Program-made: the position numbers and the translations under genes | Shown here: positions 49,021 to 59,323 of the stretch, in pieces | Position numbering within the stretch: the first letter of the stretch is position 1 | How the letters are laid out: the number at the start of each line of letters is the position of its first letter | NCBI GenBank assembly: GCA_002499345.1 | Contig: DALF01000019.1 | Coordinates: 11,021 to 75,020, forward strand | DNA from: Euryarchaeota archaeon UBA170 | GTDB lineage: Archaea > Thermoplasmatota > Poseidoniia > Poseidoniales > Thalassarchaeaceae | DNA length: 64,000 nucleotides | Direction of reading: 5' to 3' | Notes under the pieces: generated by a model | What the model was told of the DNA's origin: nothing | The model's database searches: none | What the model saw: the letters and a program-made list of their open reading frames with translations, nothing else

Positions 49021-50967
49021 ATGATAACGGTCGAAGTTGGCAATGGTGATGTTCACGAGTATGCCAGTGGAATTCCTGCTGGAGAGGTTATTACAAACGT
49101 CCATGGGAGAAAATCTGGTGCTGTGGCCGCTCTTGTAGATGGGATAGAGAGGGACATGTCCTATGAGCTGGATTCTAATTGCTCCGTTGTTCCAATTACT
49201 GGAGACTCTCCAGAAGGACTCTACATTCTGAAGCATTCCTGTGCGCATCTACTAGCTCAGGCAGTTACCGAGATGTTCCCTGATGCCAAACCAACTATTG
49301 GACCTCCGATCGATCATGGATTCTACTATGATTTCTATATGGAGCCTATTTCTGAAGATGATCTCAAAAAGATTGAGAAGAGGATGAAAGAACTTGTAAA
49401 GAGTAATCTGCCTATTTCTAGAGAGGAGTACGATAACGAAGATCTCCGTTCAATTTTCAGTGATAATAAGTTCAAACTAGAGATAATGGATGACAAGATA
49501 GGTCATGATGTTGGTTCCTCTGCATACAGGCAAGGAGATTTCATAGATCTGTGCAGAGGACCGCATGTACCCAGCACTTCGCACCTTAGATGGTTCAAAC
49601 TGACAAGTACTAGCCAGGCATATTGGAGGGCCGATAGTAAGAGAGAGTCCCTCACTCGAATATATGGGATGTGCTATCCGGACAAGTCTGGCCTACAAGA
49701 GAGGATGAAGCAACTCGAGGAGGCGGCTAAGAGGGACCACAAGAAGATTGGCAAGGAGATGGAACTCTACATGACCAACGAGATGATTGGCAAGGGTCTT
49801 CCCGTCTGGTTGCCAAATGGTGAAACTCTGAAAGGAGAGATTGAGAAGTTCGCAGTAGAAACTGAGGAGACTTACGGATACTTACGTGTGACAACCCCCG
49901 TTCTTGGAAAGAAGGAGCTTTTCGAAACCAGTGGTCATCTTCCACACTACGCAGAGGGAATGTACCCCCCTATGGAAATGGATGACGGAGAATATTACAT
50001 GAAGGCAATGAATTGTCCTTTCCACCATCTGGTCTATGGGAACAAAAGAAGATCTTACCGAGAATTACCTATGAGGATAGCTGAATATGGGACTGTATAC
50101 AGGAATGAGCTGTCTGGAACCTTGGCTGGCCTACTAAGAGTCAGGATGCTTACGATGAACGATGCCCATATTTACTGTACACTTGGACAAGTGGCCTCGG
50201 AAGTTGCTGACAATATCAGAATGGTTCAGGATTACTACTCTGCGTTTGGATTCGATGATTACTACTTCCGATTGTCGTTATGGGATCCTGAGAATGTGGA
50301 TAAATACATTGACCAACCTGAGAATTGGGAAGCCACACAGGATCATCTCAGAGGCATTCTAGATGACCTCGGGGTAGAGTATGTGGAGGCGGTCGGGGAA
50401 GCTGCTTTCTACGGGCCGAAAATAGATATTCAGTTTAGGACCCTTCTTGGTCGAGAAGAATCTATGTCAACAATCCAGCTAGACTTCGCGGCCAAGGAGA
50501 GATTTGAGCTGACCTACACTGACGAGACTGGCCAAGAGAATGGTGAAGTGTTCGTAATTCATAGGGCCCCACTTTCCACGCATGAGAGATTTGTTGCATT
50601 CCTAACGGAGCATTGGGCGGGTAACTTCCCCACATGGCTTTCACCCGTTCAAGTTCAAATCATTACCATATCTGAGAAGCATAAGATTCATGCCGCGACT
50701 GTAGCTAACAAGTTACAGGAATCTGGGGTGCGGGTGAAAGTTGATGACTCTGACAATACGGTGGGAAAGAAAATTAGGACTCACAGAAAAATGAGGCCTG
50801 CATATATGATAATTATTGGTGATGATGAGACAGAAAACGGTACTGTGTCTATTAGGTCCAGGGGTGGAGAACAACTGAAAGGTGTTCCGATGGAAGAGTT
50901 TGTAGCTGGAATTCTTACTGAGATTACGACACGGGATAGGAATCTTTCTCTTATCCCATCGGAGTGA
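49021..50967 (+). CDS. thrS: Threonine--tRNA ligase (bacterial-type)
   Basis: TGS domain, HSCAHLL, DLCRGPH, KAMNCP, YRNE and GEAAFYGPKID. Confidence 0.97.
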   Translation: MITVEVGNGDVHEYASGIPAGEVITNVHGRKSGAVAALVDGIERDMSYELDSNCSVVPITGDSPEGLYILKHSCAHLLAQAVTEMFPDAKPTIGPPIDHGFYYDFYMEPISEDDLKKIEKRMKELVKSNLPISREEYDNEDLRSIFSDNKFKLEIMDDKIGHDVGSSAYRQGDFIDLCRGPHVPSTSHLRWFKLTSTSQAYWRADSKRESLTRIYGMCYPDKSGLQERMKQLEEAAKRDHKKIGKEMELYMTNEMIGKGLPVWLPNGETLKGEIEKFAVETEETYGYLRVTTPVLGKKELFETSGHLPHYAEGMYPPMEMDDGEYYMKAMNCPFHHLVYGNKRRSYRELPMRIAEYGTVYRNELSGTLAGLLRVRMLTMNDAHIYCTLGQVASEVADNIRMVQDYYSAFGFDDYYFRLSLWDPENVDKYIDQPENWEATQDHLRGILDDLGVEYVEAVGEAAFYGPKIDIQFRTLLGREESMSTIQLDFAAKERFELTYTDETGQENGEVFVIHRAPLSTHERFVAFLTEHWAGNFPTWLSPVQVQIITISEKHKIHAATVANKLQESGVRVKVDDSDNTVGKKIRTHRKMRPAYMIIIGDDETENGTVSIRSRGGEQLKGVPMEEFVAGILTEITTRDRNLSLIPSE

Positions 50968-50972
50968 TCTAG

Positions 50973-52310
50973 TTGAGTTCGAAAAACGGCAATCGCTCGC
51001 CGATGACTGTATTATTCCTAGTTGTCCTAGTGGACATGCTAGGATTCACTATTGTCATCCCTTTCCTGACTTTTTTCGTTCAAGATCTGGCTTCTGGACA
51101 AGGGATTACCGATGTCGGCAGTAGAGACTTCTGGGTAGGAGTGGTGATTGCAGTATACTCACTTGCTCAATTTCTTTTCACACCTATTCTAGGGTCACTA
51201 AGCGATAGGATTGGCAGGAGACCTGTAATCATGTTCGGTCTCGTATCTAACTCAGTCTTCTTCATCGTTTTTGGACTTTCAAACAGTCTTGAAATGGCCA
51301 TAATTGCTAGGTTCTTATCTGGTGCTGGTAACGGAAATATTGCAGTTGCCCGAGCATATATCGGAGATATCAGCACTTCTGATATGATTCCTAGGAGGAT
51401 GGGTATGTTGGGAGCGGCATTTGGACTTGGTTTCATGATTGGTCCATTCATAGGCGGGATTCTTTCCGACCCTGCAACTAGCATAGGGGGAGTTTTTGAT
51501 TCCAATTTCTGGAAGGAGTACGAGTACCTGCTGCCTTGTCTTTTCTCGAGTCTTCTTTCGCTGGTCTCTCTGGGCCTTGCATACTTCTGGCTAGAAGAGA
51601 GTATGGATCTGAAGGAAGAGTCAGAAGTCCGCGAGAGTTCATTGAAGAAGCTAGCCAATACATTCTCCAATATCATAAGGGTCCTAAAGATACCCGTTAT
51701 TTCTACACTAGTGCTGATTAACTTCCTATTCCTGATGGCATTCAGTATGATGCATGGAACGTTCATCCTATTCACTGCTATGTCTGTCGACAGTGGAGGG
51801 CTTGGATGGAGTGAGTTGGAAAATGGCTGGATATTTGCTTTCATAGGGCTCCTTGGAGTGATAGTTCAAGGAGGCCTGATAGGTCCACTTAGTGATAGGT
51901 TTGGCATGCGTAGGCTGATGATCATAGGTACAATACTATGTGGATTAGGTATTGCTAGCTTACCCTATGTGCCATCAGAAGCTTCCTGGCTAATTCTTGG
52001 CTCATCAGCTGGACTAGCTATAGGAAATGGACTATTTTCCCCCACCCAGTCTTCACTTCTAACTTTCGAAGCTCAGAATGGGGGTCATGAATTAGGAATG
52101 GTTATGGGCGCACAAGAGGGATATGGTGCACTGGCCAGAATTATTGGTCCACTTCTAGCGGCGTACCTATGGTCGGTTACCGTCGAAGGCACTGGAATTT
52201 GGTCATTTCACACATGCTTCAGAGTCGCCGGGGTGATATTCATGTTAGCAGTAGTACTGCAGTTAACTCTAAGCCTAAAAGAGAGACCTGCTGAAGTTAT
52301 CAATGAATGA
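50973..52310 (+). CDS. MFS transporter (DHA1/TetA-like)
   Basis: 12 TM, GSLSDRIGRRP motif A and GFMIGPFIGG motif C. Confidence 0.92.
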   Translation: MSSKNGNRSPMTVLFLVVLVDMLGFTIVIPFLTFFVQDLASGQGITDVGSRDFWVGVVIAVYSLAQFLFTPILGSLSDRIGRRPVIMFGLVSNSVFFIVFGLSNSLEMAIIARFLSGAGNGNIAVARAYIGDISTSDMIPRRMGMLGAAFGLGFMIGPFIGGILSDPATSIGGVFDSNFWKEYEYLLPCLFSSLLSLVSLGLAYFWLEESMDLKEESEVRESSLKKLANTFSNIIRVLKIPVISTLVLINFLFLMAFSMMHGTFILFTAMSVDSGGLGWSELENGWIFAFIGLLGVIVQGGLIGPLSDRFGMRRLMIIGTILCGLGIASLPYVPSEASWLILGSSAGLAIGNGLFSPTQSSLLTFEAQNGGHELGMVMGAQEGYGALARIIGPLLAAYLWSVTVEGTGIWSFHTCFRVAGVIFMLAVVLQLTLSLKERPAEVINE

Positions 52311-52328
52311 ATGTTAGATTTTACCCAA

Positions 52329-52688
52329 CTATATCCAGACGTCGTTAGATGAGGTCAGGTCATTGGTTACATTGCCCGTATTAACTACCCCTCTAGGCTC
52401 CACTAGCATAACTTTGCACTCTTCGAGAGAGTATGGCTTGTGATCTACCCCCTTTGGAACCACATACATCTCTCCCTCATTGAGATGCACAGTTTCACTC
52501 TCCATCTCGATGAACATGGATCCCTGAAGAACGATGAAGGCCTCGTCCGTATCAGTATGATTATGCCAAACGAATTCCCCCTCTATCTTGACTAATTTAA
52601 ACTGATAGTCATTCATTTCGGCAATAACCTTCGGAGACCAGAGGTCCGAGAACTCTGATAGCTTCTCAGTGAAATTGACCTTCGTCAT
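52329..52688 (-). CDS. Cupin domain protein
   Basis: WSPK, GEFVWHNH..TDE and VPKGVDH.P. Confidence 0.9.
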   Translation of the reverse strand: MTKVNFTEKLSEFSDLWSPKVIAEMNDYQFKLVKIEGEFVWHNHTDTDEAFIVLQGSMFIEMESETVHLNEGEMYVVPKGVDHKPYSLEECKVMLVEPRGVVNTGNVTNDLTSSNDVWI

Positions 52689-53509
52689 AACAGACCAGCT
52701 CCCGTATCATAGCAGAAGGGACAGTACTCCTCAACAGAGTACATGTCGGATTCTAGGTCTTCGGGGGAAAGCGGCTCCCTGCACTTGAAACACATCTCAT
52801 GATCTGCCTCCTGAAGATTCTTATCGAGCGCTACGCGTTGATCAAACACAAAGCAGTCGCCATTCCAATGAGAACCTCCTGTTTCTCTGAAGTACCCTAG
52901 TACCCCACCTTTGATTTGATAAACCTCTTCCCAGCCTTGGTTCTCCATTACTATGCTTGCTTTCTCACATCTGATACCACCAGTACAGAACATCACTACT
53001 GGAGTCGATTTATCGTATTCAAGACTCTTTGCCGCGGCAGGGAAATCTCTGAATGACTTGATATCAAGATCCACAGAATTATTGAAAGTCCCAACTCTGA
53101 GCTCGTAGTCATTTCTGGTGTCGAGAACAACTACCTCTCTACCATCATCGAGCCATGTCTTGAATTCAAGGGGTTCGATATACTTGCCTTCATGTTCAGC
53201 GGGTCTGATCTCATCGGCTCCCAACGAAATTATCTCCTTCTTTAGTCGAACTAGCATTCTACGGAATGGTTGATACTCCGAGTATGAAGTATGTACAGGA
53301 ATTCCCTGTAGCCTATGATCTTCTTCCAAGAAAGTGATGTATTCATCAATCGATTCCTGGGTACCGGCGAGAAAGAAGTTGATTCCGTTGTGACTAAGAA
53401 GAATCGTTCCCTTTAGTCCCAGAGAATAGCACTTCTCTCTGAATGGTTCCCTCAAGGAGTTCCTATCTGGGAGATCTACAAACCTATATCCTGCTATATT
53501 CACGTACAT
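52685..53509 (-). CDS. trhO: tRNA U34 hydroxylase TrhO (YceA/UPF0176 rhodanese family)
   Basis: GTILLS.NGIN, KKEI, LDTRNDYE..GTF, FCTGGIRCEKA, G.CFVFDQR and a C-terminal CxxC...CxxC. Confidence 0.88.
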   Translation of the reverse strand: MYVNIAGYRFVDLPDRNSLREPFREKCYSLGLKGTILLSHNGINFFLAGTQESIDEYITFLEEDHRLQGIPVHTSYSEYQPFRRMLVRLKKEIISLGADEIRPAEHEGKYIEPLEFKTWLDDGREVVVLDTRNDYELRVGTFNNSVDLDIKSFRDFPAAAKSLEYDKSTPVVMFCTGGIRCEKASIVMENQGWEEVYQIKGGVLGYFRETGGSHWNGDCFVFDQRVALDKNLQEADHEMCFKCREPLSPEDLESDMYSVEEYCPFCYDTGAGLL

Positions 53510-53517
53510 ATTATCAC

Positions 53518-54519
53518 TCAGGGGATATCTGAAAGCCATTTCTTCATGGTGCATGACTGGCACACGGGCCTAGAAGTTGCCTCACCGCATAGTGAGCAAC
53601 TTCCAATTTTGCTGTTGGGGTCTGGATGCACCACTCTATGAATCTCCCTGATTTGATCCAGAGAGTGTAGAAGACCATGTCTAGCTCCGGGGGTTAGTGA
53701 CTCTAGTTGAGCTACTATTGCTCTACTCTGCTGTCTTTGGGCCCCCGATGCGTGGGGACAGTCCCCGTGATGGATGGGGAGGGAGTTGAACAGAGCAAAT
53801 GCATGAATCTCCTGCTCTGGTATCCATCTCAGTGGAACTATCCTTGGTACCATTCCCTCGATTGGGGAGGCTGTGTGTGGAGCCAGTCTGACTGATCTCT
53901 CTATCTCCCCCTTCTGGAGATTCATCAAAATAGACTGGGCCATATCATCCAAATTATGGCCGAGTGCCATTACATCAGCCCCTACCTTTTCTGCTAGAGA
54001 ATTTAGACTCTGTCTCCTGAAAACGCCACAAAACGAGCACGGCATCATTCCACTGGCCTCATCATGAAGGTCTCCCATTCCAGGAATCTTGGATACGACC
54101 TTATCCATTCTATCGTATCCCAAATCCTCATAGCTTAATGTTACAAATTCAACCCCTAGATCACCTGAAAGATTCCTCGCACATTCTAGAGAAGGGGACC
54201 TGTATCCATCGATCCCCTCGTCAACACATCCAGCTACGATCTTAATGTCTCTTCTGCTTCCAATAATATCCTTGATCATTGTCAACAAGACTGCTGAGTC
54301 CTTTCCCCCAGAAACAGCGACGAGCACTACATACGGACTCCCATCATCCTTTCTTGCGTCCTTCGGGAGGCTGAGTTGCCTTCTTAGCTCACGAGAGGTC
54401 CTCCTTCTAACAGAATCCGATAGGTGTCTCCCACAAAGATGCTGTCCACTGTAGGGTTGATGCACAATGGAGGGTAGCTTGCATCGGCTACACTTGGTAA
54501 CAGATATGGCTCCGTCCAC
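53518..54519 (-). CDS. tRNA 2-thiolation protein (TtuA/Ncs6, TIGR00269)
   Basis: CSRC, AVSGGKDS PP-loop, CSFCGVFRR, GHNLDD and C-terminal CSLCG...CQSC. GTG start at 54519. Confidence 0.92.
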   Translation of the reverse strand: MDGAISVTKCSRCKLPSIVHQPYSGQHLCGRHLSDSVRRRTSRELRRQLSLPKDARKDDGSPYVVLVAVSGGKDSAVLLTMIKDIIGSRRDIKIVAGCVDEGIDGYRSPSLECARNLSGDLGVEFVTLSYEDLGYDRMDKVVSKIPGMGDLHDEASGMMPCSFCGVFRRQSLNSLAEKVGADVMALGHNLDDMAQSILMNLQKGEIERSVRLAPHTASPIEGMVPRIVPLRWIPEQEIHAFALFNSLPIHHGDCPHASGAQRQQSRAIVAQLESLTPGARHGLLHSLDQIREIHRVVHPDPNSKIGSCSLCGEATSRPVCQSCTMKKWLSDIP

Positions 54520-54584
54520 GACTCTTCCCGGAAGGGGTTTGACTTGAACCCAATGCGTACTAGATTTGGAAATCGAGGGCATTT

Positions 54585-54866
54585 TTGATAATGGTAGTTG
54601 CTTTCAAAGATACAATGCAGGGAGGCGGGACCTTACTAGGACGAGGATTTACAGTGGGAAAACGGTATTCTTCATGGCCTGAGAGAATCGTTGTTCTCAC
54701 GGTATTTTGTTCCGCTTTACTTTTCTTCGGAGAGATTGACTCGGTGATTGTATCGGCCATTGGGGCAGACTCAGATTTTCTCACAGCGATATTTCTAATC
54801 ATCCTGATTCCAATTGTATCTGATTTAATTTTTAGAACTATCAGCCTGTTACTAGGAATCAGATGA
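54585..54866 (+). CDS. Small hypothetical membrane protein
   Basis: Two hydrophobic helices; fills the gap between divergent and convergent neighbours. Start is uncertain. Confidence 0.55.
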   Translation: MIMVVAFKDTMQGGGTLLGRGFTVGKRYSSWPERIVVLTVFCSALLFFGEIDSVIVSAIGADSDFLTAIFLIILIPIVSDLIFRTISLLLGIR

Positions 54867-56078
54867 TTAATTCTCAGTTGATCTAAACTTGATGAAAGCG
54901 GTTTCCACCATCCCTGTGACCCTCTGCCAAGGAAGGATGAATCTCATTCCAGCCACAACTATCAGGAACAATCCTGCAGAGATTACCTTTCCGTAGGTAA
55001 GTTGTAGCTCCAGGGACTCTTGCACCTGTCCCGCCCATTGCCCGCCAGAAATAGCACTCACTGTAGAAATTAGAAAGTCATCGAATTCAAGAGCTATTGC
55101 TGTTGTAAGAGCTACTAGGGCCATGACGCCAATTAGATGAGCGATATGCCCATTTACAACATTGTTGAACTGTCGGACGTATTCCGGATCTCTTCTTGCA
55201 TCTCCTGGAAGCATAGAAGCGTACTCCATATTCGATATGACGGCAGATCCTGATTCAAGATACACCAAAAGTAGAATTGCGACTTCCATCAAACTCAGAG
55301 ATAATGGAGACACCAGCCCTCCGAGTAAGGTTGCCTCTCCAATCTGAGCTGGAAGTGGCGAGAGCCCGAGGTCAACCGATTCGGTAATGCCTTCGAATGT
55401 CAAGATTGCATGTATTCCAATCACAGTCAGGTAATATCCGGCGGTCCATGTTAGAAGTTTCCTAGACAGGCCCCAAATTCCCATTAGTCCAGAAAGTACT
55501 GGTGCGAATACTATGCCTAGGAATACCAACTCAATGATGAAAAGTATCGGCTCCCACAGATTATCTAAGTGATTCAGCTCGTCAGTTGGCCCCCAAGGTA
55601 AGTGAAGTCCGAAGTTTGAGATAGCCATCAACCAAGAAACAACAAATGGAAGTAGTCCCCACGCCAACATCCCCCCAAGGATTATTCTCTTGATGTTCTT
55701 ACGGATATTTTCCTTAGCTGTAAGCGTGTAAATCCAGATTGATGTGACTATCATACAAAGAATAAGGGGAGCGACTAGTGACATGTTTCCTGTTTGATCT
55801 AGCCCATATACTACATCTGGAAGAACGAGTGAACCAGTTTGTTCCTGGAACCAAATTAGTCCCCTAGTATGCTCATATGAAGGACACCAATAGTTAGAGC
55901 CTTCATAGGACTCAACGAAAGTATCGGAGCACGTACCATATAGTTTGATCATTCTATTCATCAGTGCTAGCAGGGCGGTAGTTGAGATTAATTGTAGGAA
56001 GATAATTTTCCACCTTCTCCTGAGGCTTGAAATCTCTAGAGAAAAATTCTCTGAAACCTTTTTCTCTACCATATTCAT
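54867..56078 (-). CDS. Hypothetical polytopic membrane protein
   Basis: ~8-9 TM segments; last gene of the cdc48 run. Confidence 0.8.
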   Translation of the reverse strand: MNMVEKKVSENFSLEISSLRRRWKIIFLQLISTTALLALMNRMIKLYGTCSDTFVESYEGSNYWCPSYEHTRGLIWFQEQTGSLVLPDVVYGLDQTGNMSLVAPLILCMIVTSIWIYTLTAKENIRKNIKRIILGGMLAWGLLPFVVSWLMAISNFGLHLPWGPTDELNHLDNLWEPILFIIELVFLGIVFAPVLSGLMGIWGLSRKLLTWTAGYYLTVIGIHAILTFEGITESVDLGLSPLPAQIGEATLLGGLVSPLSLSLMEVAILLLVYLESGSAVISNMEYASMLPGDARRDPEYVRQFNNVVNGHIAHLIGVMALVALTTAIALEFDDFLISTVSAISGGQWAGQVQESLELQLTYGKVISAGLFLIVVAGMRFILPWQRVTGMVETAFIKFRSTEN

Positions 56079-56083
56079 CCATC

Positions 56084-57346
56084 CTAACTCAAATTAATCT
56101 GCAACAGTGCCTGTGAGAGCTCAACATCGGGAGTCCAATCGATGACCTTGGCTCCATAACCAGCTATGGCAGTCAGTCTATTCTGTCTCTCAAGTTTCAG
56201 AACTTCGTAAGACATCCTGGGAATCCTACTAACCAGCCTCTCTAAGTCTATGCTACTGGGAGATAGTACGATCACTTCGTGTCCCTTACCTGAGAGACTT
56301 CTGATTGCTGGTAGTGTTGTACCATCTCCCTCGAGACTACTGATGATGAAAACTGGGGAACCCCTGCTAATTCTGGGAGAGAGTGCGTTAGTGACTGCTT
56401 GTAGGGGCATGGAGCCTTTTGGTTGAACCGATGCTAGGCCACTGAGGATCTTGAAGTATTGCTTATCTCCCGTTTCAGGCGGGAGGTAGTCCATTCTCGA
56501 ACCATAAGTTACGAGGGCTACTGAGTCCCTTCTCTTCAGAAAATAATTAGAAACAGAAGCCGCGGCAACAGTGCCCATTTCGAGAGGGTTCTTTAGTACG
56601 GTACCTATTCTGGAAACATCTCTAGTATCGACAATGACGAAAACGTCGGTAACTGCATCCCTAGTCTTCTCGTTGACCATCATCTCTCCGGTTCTCGCTA
56701 AAGCCTTCCAGTTAATCGAACGGAAAGAGTCGCCGGGAAGATACTCCCTGAGTGCATAGAATTCCATTCCAGGCCCGGGAGTCTTCAAAGTAGTAGCTCC
56801 TGAGTACATCTTTGGAACGTCGGATCTCAGTAGTGCCTCTTCAATATCTCTAATTTGAGGGAAGACTGTTATGTCTGACCTATCGTTAACTTTGGTCTCA
56901 CTCACGAAGAGGTTGAAGGCATTCCGATATCTTACAGATACTGGCCCTACGGTGTAGTGGCCCCTGAGTGGACAGCGGACAACATACTTCATCGTAGTCG
57001 ACTGTCCTGGTCCGAGATTCATCCTCATTTGATTGATTCCTTTACGCATCTTCATTTCATGGGGAACGTTATCGAAAATCTCCAATTGCTGAGTTCTACG
57101 ATATGAGTTATTTGTTATTGTGAGTGAGATGACAATATCATCGCCCTTGTAGACATTTGTCGCCGAGGTCTCCCTAGTGATGGTAAGGTCGGAGTGTCCA
57201 GCAACCCAGCCGTTAATCGCCAGCATCGAAATGAACGAGAGTCCGATTATCATCAATTGAAAATTGGATATCATCATACCGATTAGAATCAAACTGATTC
57301 CACTGGTCAGCATTATTGCAGCTTTCCTAGTCCACATATTATGCAC
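56084..57346 (-). CDS. DUF58 (vWA-like) protein
   Basis: RGHY..GP, EFYALREYLPGD..RSINWKA.AR and vWA-like IVDTR. Confidence 0.92.
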   Translation of the reverse strand: MHNMWTRKAAIMLTSGISLILIGMMISNFQLMIIGLSFISMLAINGWVAGHSDLTITRETSATNVYKGDDIVISLTITNNSYRRTQQLEIFDNVPHEMKMRKGINQMRMNLGPGQSTTMKYVVRCPLRGHYTVGPVSVRYRNAFNLFVSETKVNDRSDITVFPQIRDIEEALLRSDVPKMYSGATTLKTPGPGMEFYALREYLPGDSFRSINWKALARTGEMMVNEKTRDAVTDVFVIVDTRDVSRIGTVLKNPLEMGTVAAASVSNYFLKRRDSVALVTYGSRMDYLPPETGDKQYFKILSGLASVQPKGSMPLQAVTNALSPRISRGSPVFIISSLEGDGTTLPAIRSLSGKGHEVIVLSPSSIDLERLVSRIPRMSYEVLKLERQNRLTAIAGYGAKVIDWTPDVELSQALLQINLS

Positions 57347-59012
57347 CCCCTTCAGTATCGGTAGTTCCCCAGTCTTTTATTCTCTTCACAATTCCTACTA
57401 GTTCGTCAGCTTTGTATCTTCTATCATTAAAGATGAACTCTGTTAGAACCTTATCATCAACCATCCTTTGAAGTTCGGCTGCTGGTAGAGCGTCGAACTC
57501 CTCCCTTGACATGGCATTTACATTTCTGATTCTAGTGAGGAGGACCTGTCTTATCTTCTCGGGCCTCTGATAATACTCATACCTTCTTGCATCGCCGAAT
57601 CCATAGTAGATTATCCTGAAGACATGCCTCCATTCATCTGGATCTTCTTTCCTGATTAGGACTGCTTCAAGAGAGATGAAAAGTCCTAGGAATAGTATTA
57701 GCATGGCCATCCAGTCATTTGTGAAATAGATTAGGAGATAGTAGAGTAGATTGTATGTATCTCCTCCGATATTTGATTGCTGATGCCTGCTCTCATCAAA
57801 TATGACTATCGCGTTTTCTGTGGCTAGAGTACTCGAATTACCGATTAAGAGAGCCTCTGCAATGATATCAAGAGCCCATTTACGATTATCATTACTTGGG
57901 ACTAGCCCAGAGTAATCTGAGTCGAAATCCGGATCATAAAGAGAATTAATCAACAGAGAACCGTCAGAGACAAAGTGAACCCTTCCTGAATCTGAATCTA
58001 TACATAGACGATTGGAGCAATACCTCACATAAACTGCGAAAGGTCCCTGTTCGTCATCTTCAATTCCTGCCGCTGCAAATCCGACAGTCAAATTACCGTC
58101 ATCATTTGTATCCAGATAAGAATCTAAAGTTGATCTGCCAATTGCATATCTATTCTCAACGGGGTTATATGAGCTGTCTTTCTCAAATGCTGATGGCCCG
58201 TTTGTGAGTATATTGTAACTCTCAGAGAAGTCCCAGTTCGAAGTAGTTGAATCGAATCTGTGGGAACAAAGTCCAGCATCGCCGAGTGAGATTCCAGATG
58301 TGGTAATGTCTGAGTTGAGAGGTTCGATATCAAGTAGGTCAATTACCCCGTCACGATCTGAGTCCTTTATGCAAGGGTTAACAGAAGAAAGTGAGCCAGA
58401 ATTGGTGGTGAAGTTATACGCAGAGGTAGTATTAATCCACACATAATTGTAGTCTAGCTCATGCGCATAAGCTTGACCGTCATACAGCCTATGGCCTGAA
58501 TAGTCGAGTCCGAATTGGCTGGCCAATTGGGCAGAGTATCCAAAATCATCCATGAGGATAACAGTACCCCCTCTCAGTACGAAATTCTCAATAGCTAAAA
58601 TCTCAGAATTAGTGTATCCATCACTTTCTGTGAGTTCGATAACACTCTCATCTCCCGTAAATCTAGGTAGTGAAATAGTATCCCTCTCAACTCCTGAAAC
58701 TACGAACACAGCCTCCTCAGGATGATCTATCTCACTGAGTAATAGCGGGCTAGATACCAGTGCATTTGTCTCGATTCCCATGTCATTAATATCTGATCTA
58801 AACGAGCCCAAATCATTCCAATCGTCACCATATGCTGATTGCTGAGTTTGCCCGTCCACTAGGTAAGTCTGGAGGATTTCTGCAGCTAGAACCCCTATCA
58901 AAATCCAGAACGCCGCTATCGATGCGCCTCTCCTAAATTTAGGAGATGACAGTCTTCTGAATGTTGTATTAAGGTCTGCCACGCCTATACCTCCATCTAT
59001 AGGAACAGCCAT
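57339..59012 (-). CDS. DUF4350-like membrane-anchored protein
   Basis: TM, extracellular domain (FVLRGGTVILMDDFG, VSDGSLLINS, IFDESRH), TM, then a cytoplasmic tail. Contains a DSDRDGVID Ca-binding-like motif. Confidence 0.7.
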   Translation of the reverse strand: MAVPIDGGIGVADLNTTFRRLSSPKFRRGASIAAFWILIGVLAAEILQTYLVDGQTQQSAYGDDWNDLGSFRSDINDMGIETNALVSSPLLLSEIDHPEEAVFVVSGVERDTISLPRFTGDESVIELTESDGYTNSEILAIENFVLRGGTVILMDDFGYSAQLASQFGLDYSGHRLYDGQAYAHELDYNYVWINTTSAYNFTTNSGSLSSVNPCIKDSDRDGVIDLLDIEPLNSDITTSGISLGDAGLCSHRFDSTTSNWDFSESYNILTNGPSAFEKDSSYNPVENRYAIGRSTLDSYLDTNDDGNLTVGFAAAGIEDDEQGPFAVYVRYCSNRLCIDSDSGRVHFVSDGSLLINSLYDPDFDSDYSGLVPSNDNRKWALDIIAEALLIGNSSTLATENAIVIFDESRHQQSNIGGDTYNLLYYLLIYFTNDWMAMLILFLGLFISLEAVLIRKEDPDEWRHVFRIIYYGFGDARRYEYYQRPEKIRQVLLTRIRNVNAMSREEFDALPAAELQRMVDDKVLTEFIFNDRRYKADELVGIVKRIKDWGTTDTEGGA

Positions 59013-59071
59013 CGAGCCTTAACTTCGTATTAATACCGTTGTGGGGCCATGGACACTCACGCATCAGGAGT

Positions 59072-59314
59072 TCAGCGGGACAGTTGTATCACAGAGCCTA
59101 TGTTTGCTACCTCTGAAACAGGCACGGACAATAGCCCATTCGATGTTGGCCACGGGAGGAACTTCGGATCTATTCCATGGTCTATTACCACTAGAAGTGC
59201 TACAATAGAGCCAGTATCCATATCTACGCTGAAGTCTGCCATCGTCCCGAGTTTATCGCTTGAAGCGTCCACTACATCTCTTCCGAGGAGCTCCCTGCCG
59301 AATGTTGTTGGCAC
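59072..59314 (-). CDS. PRC-barrel domain protein
   Basis: ELLGRDVVD....LG...DF.VD..TG.I...VPVSEV..IG.VI pattern. Confidence 0.88.
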   Translation of the reverse strand: MPTTFGRELLGRDVVDASSDKLGTMADFSVDMDTGSIVALLVVIDHGIDPKFLPWPTSNGLLSVPVSEVANIGSVIQLSR

Positions 59315-59323
59315 TTATCCACC

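Noticed and set aside
49021..50967. Bacterial-type ThrRS (and DnaK) in an archaeon
   Set aside because: Established for several euryarchaeal lineages including Thermoplasmatota; not novel.
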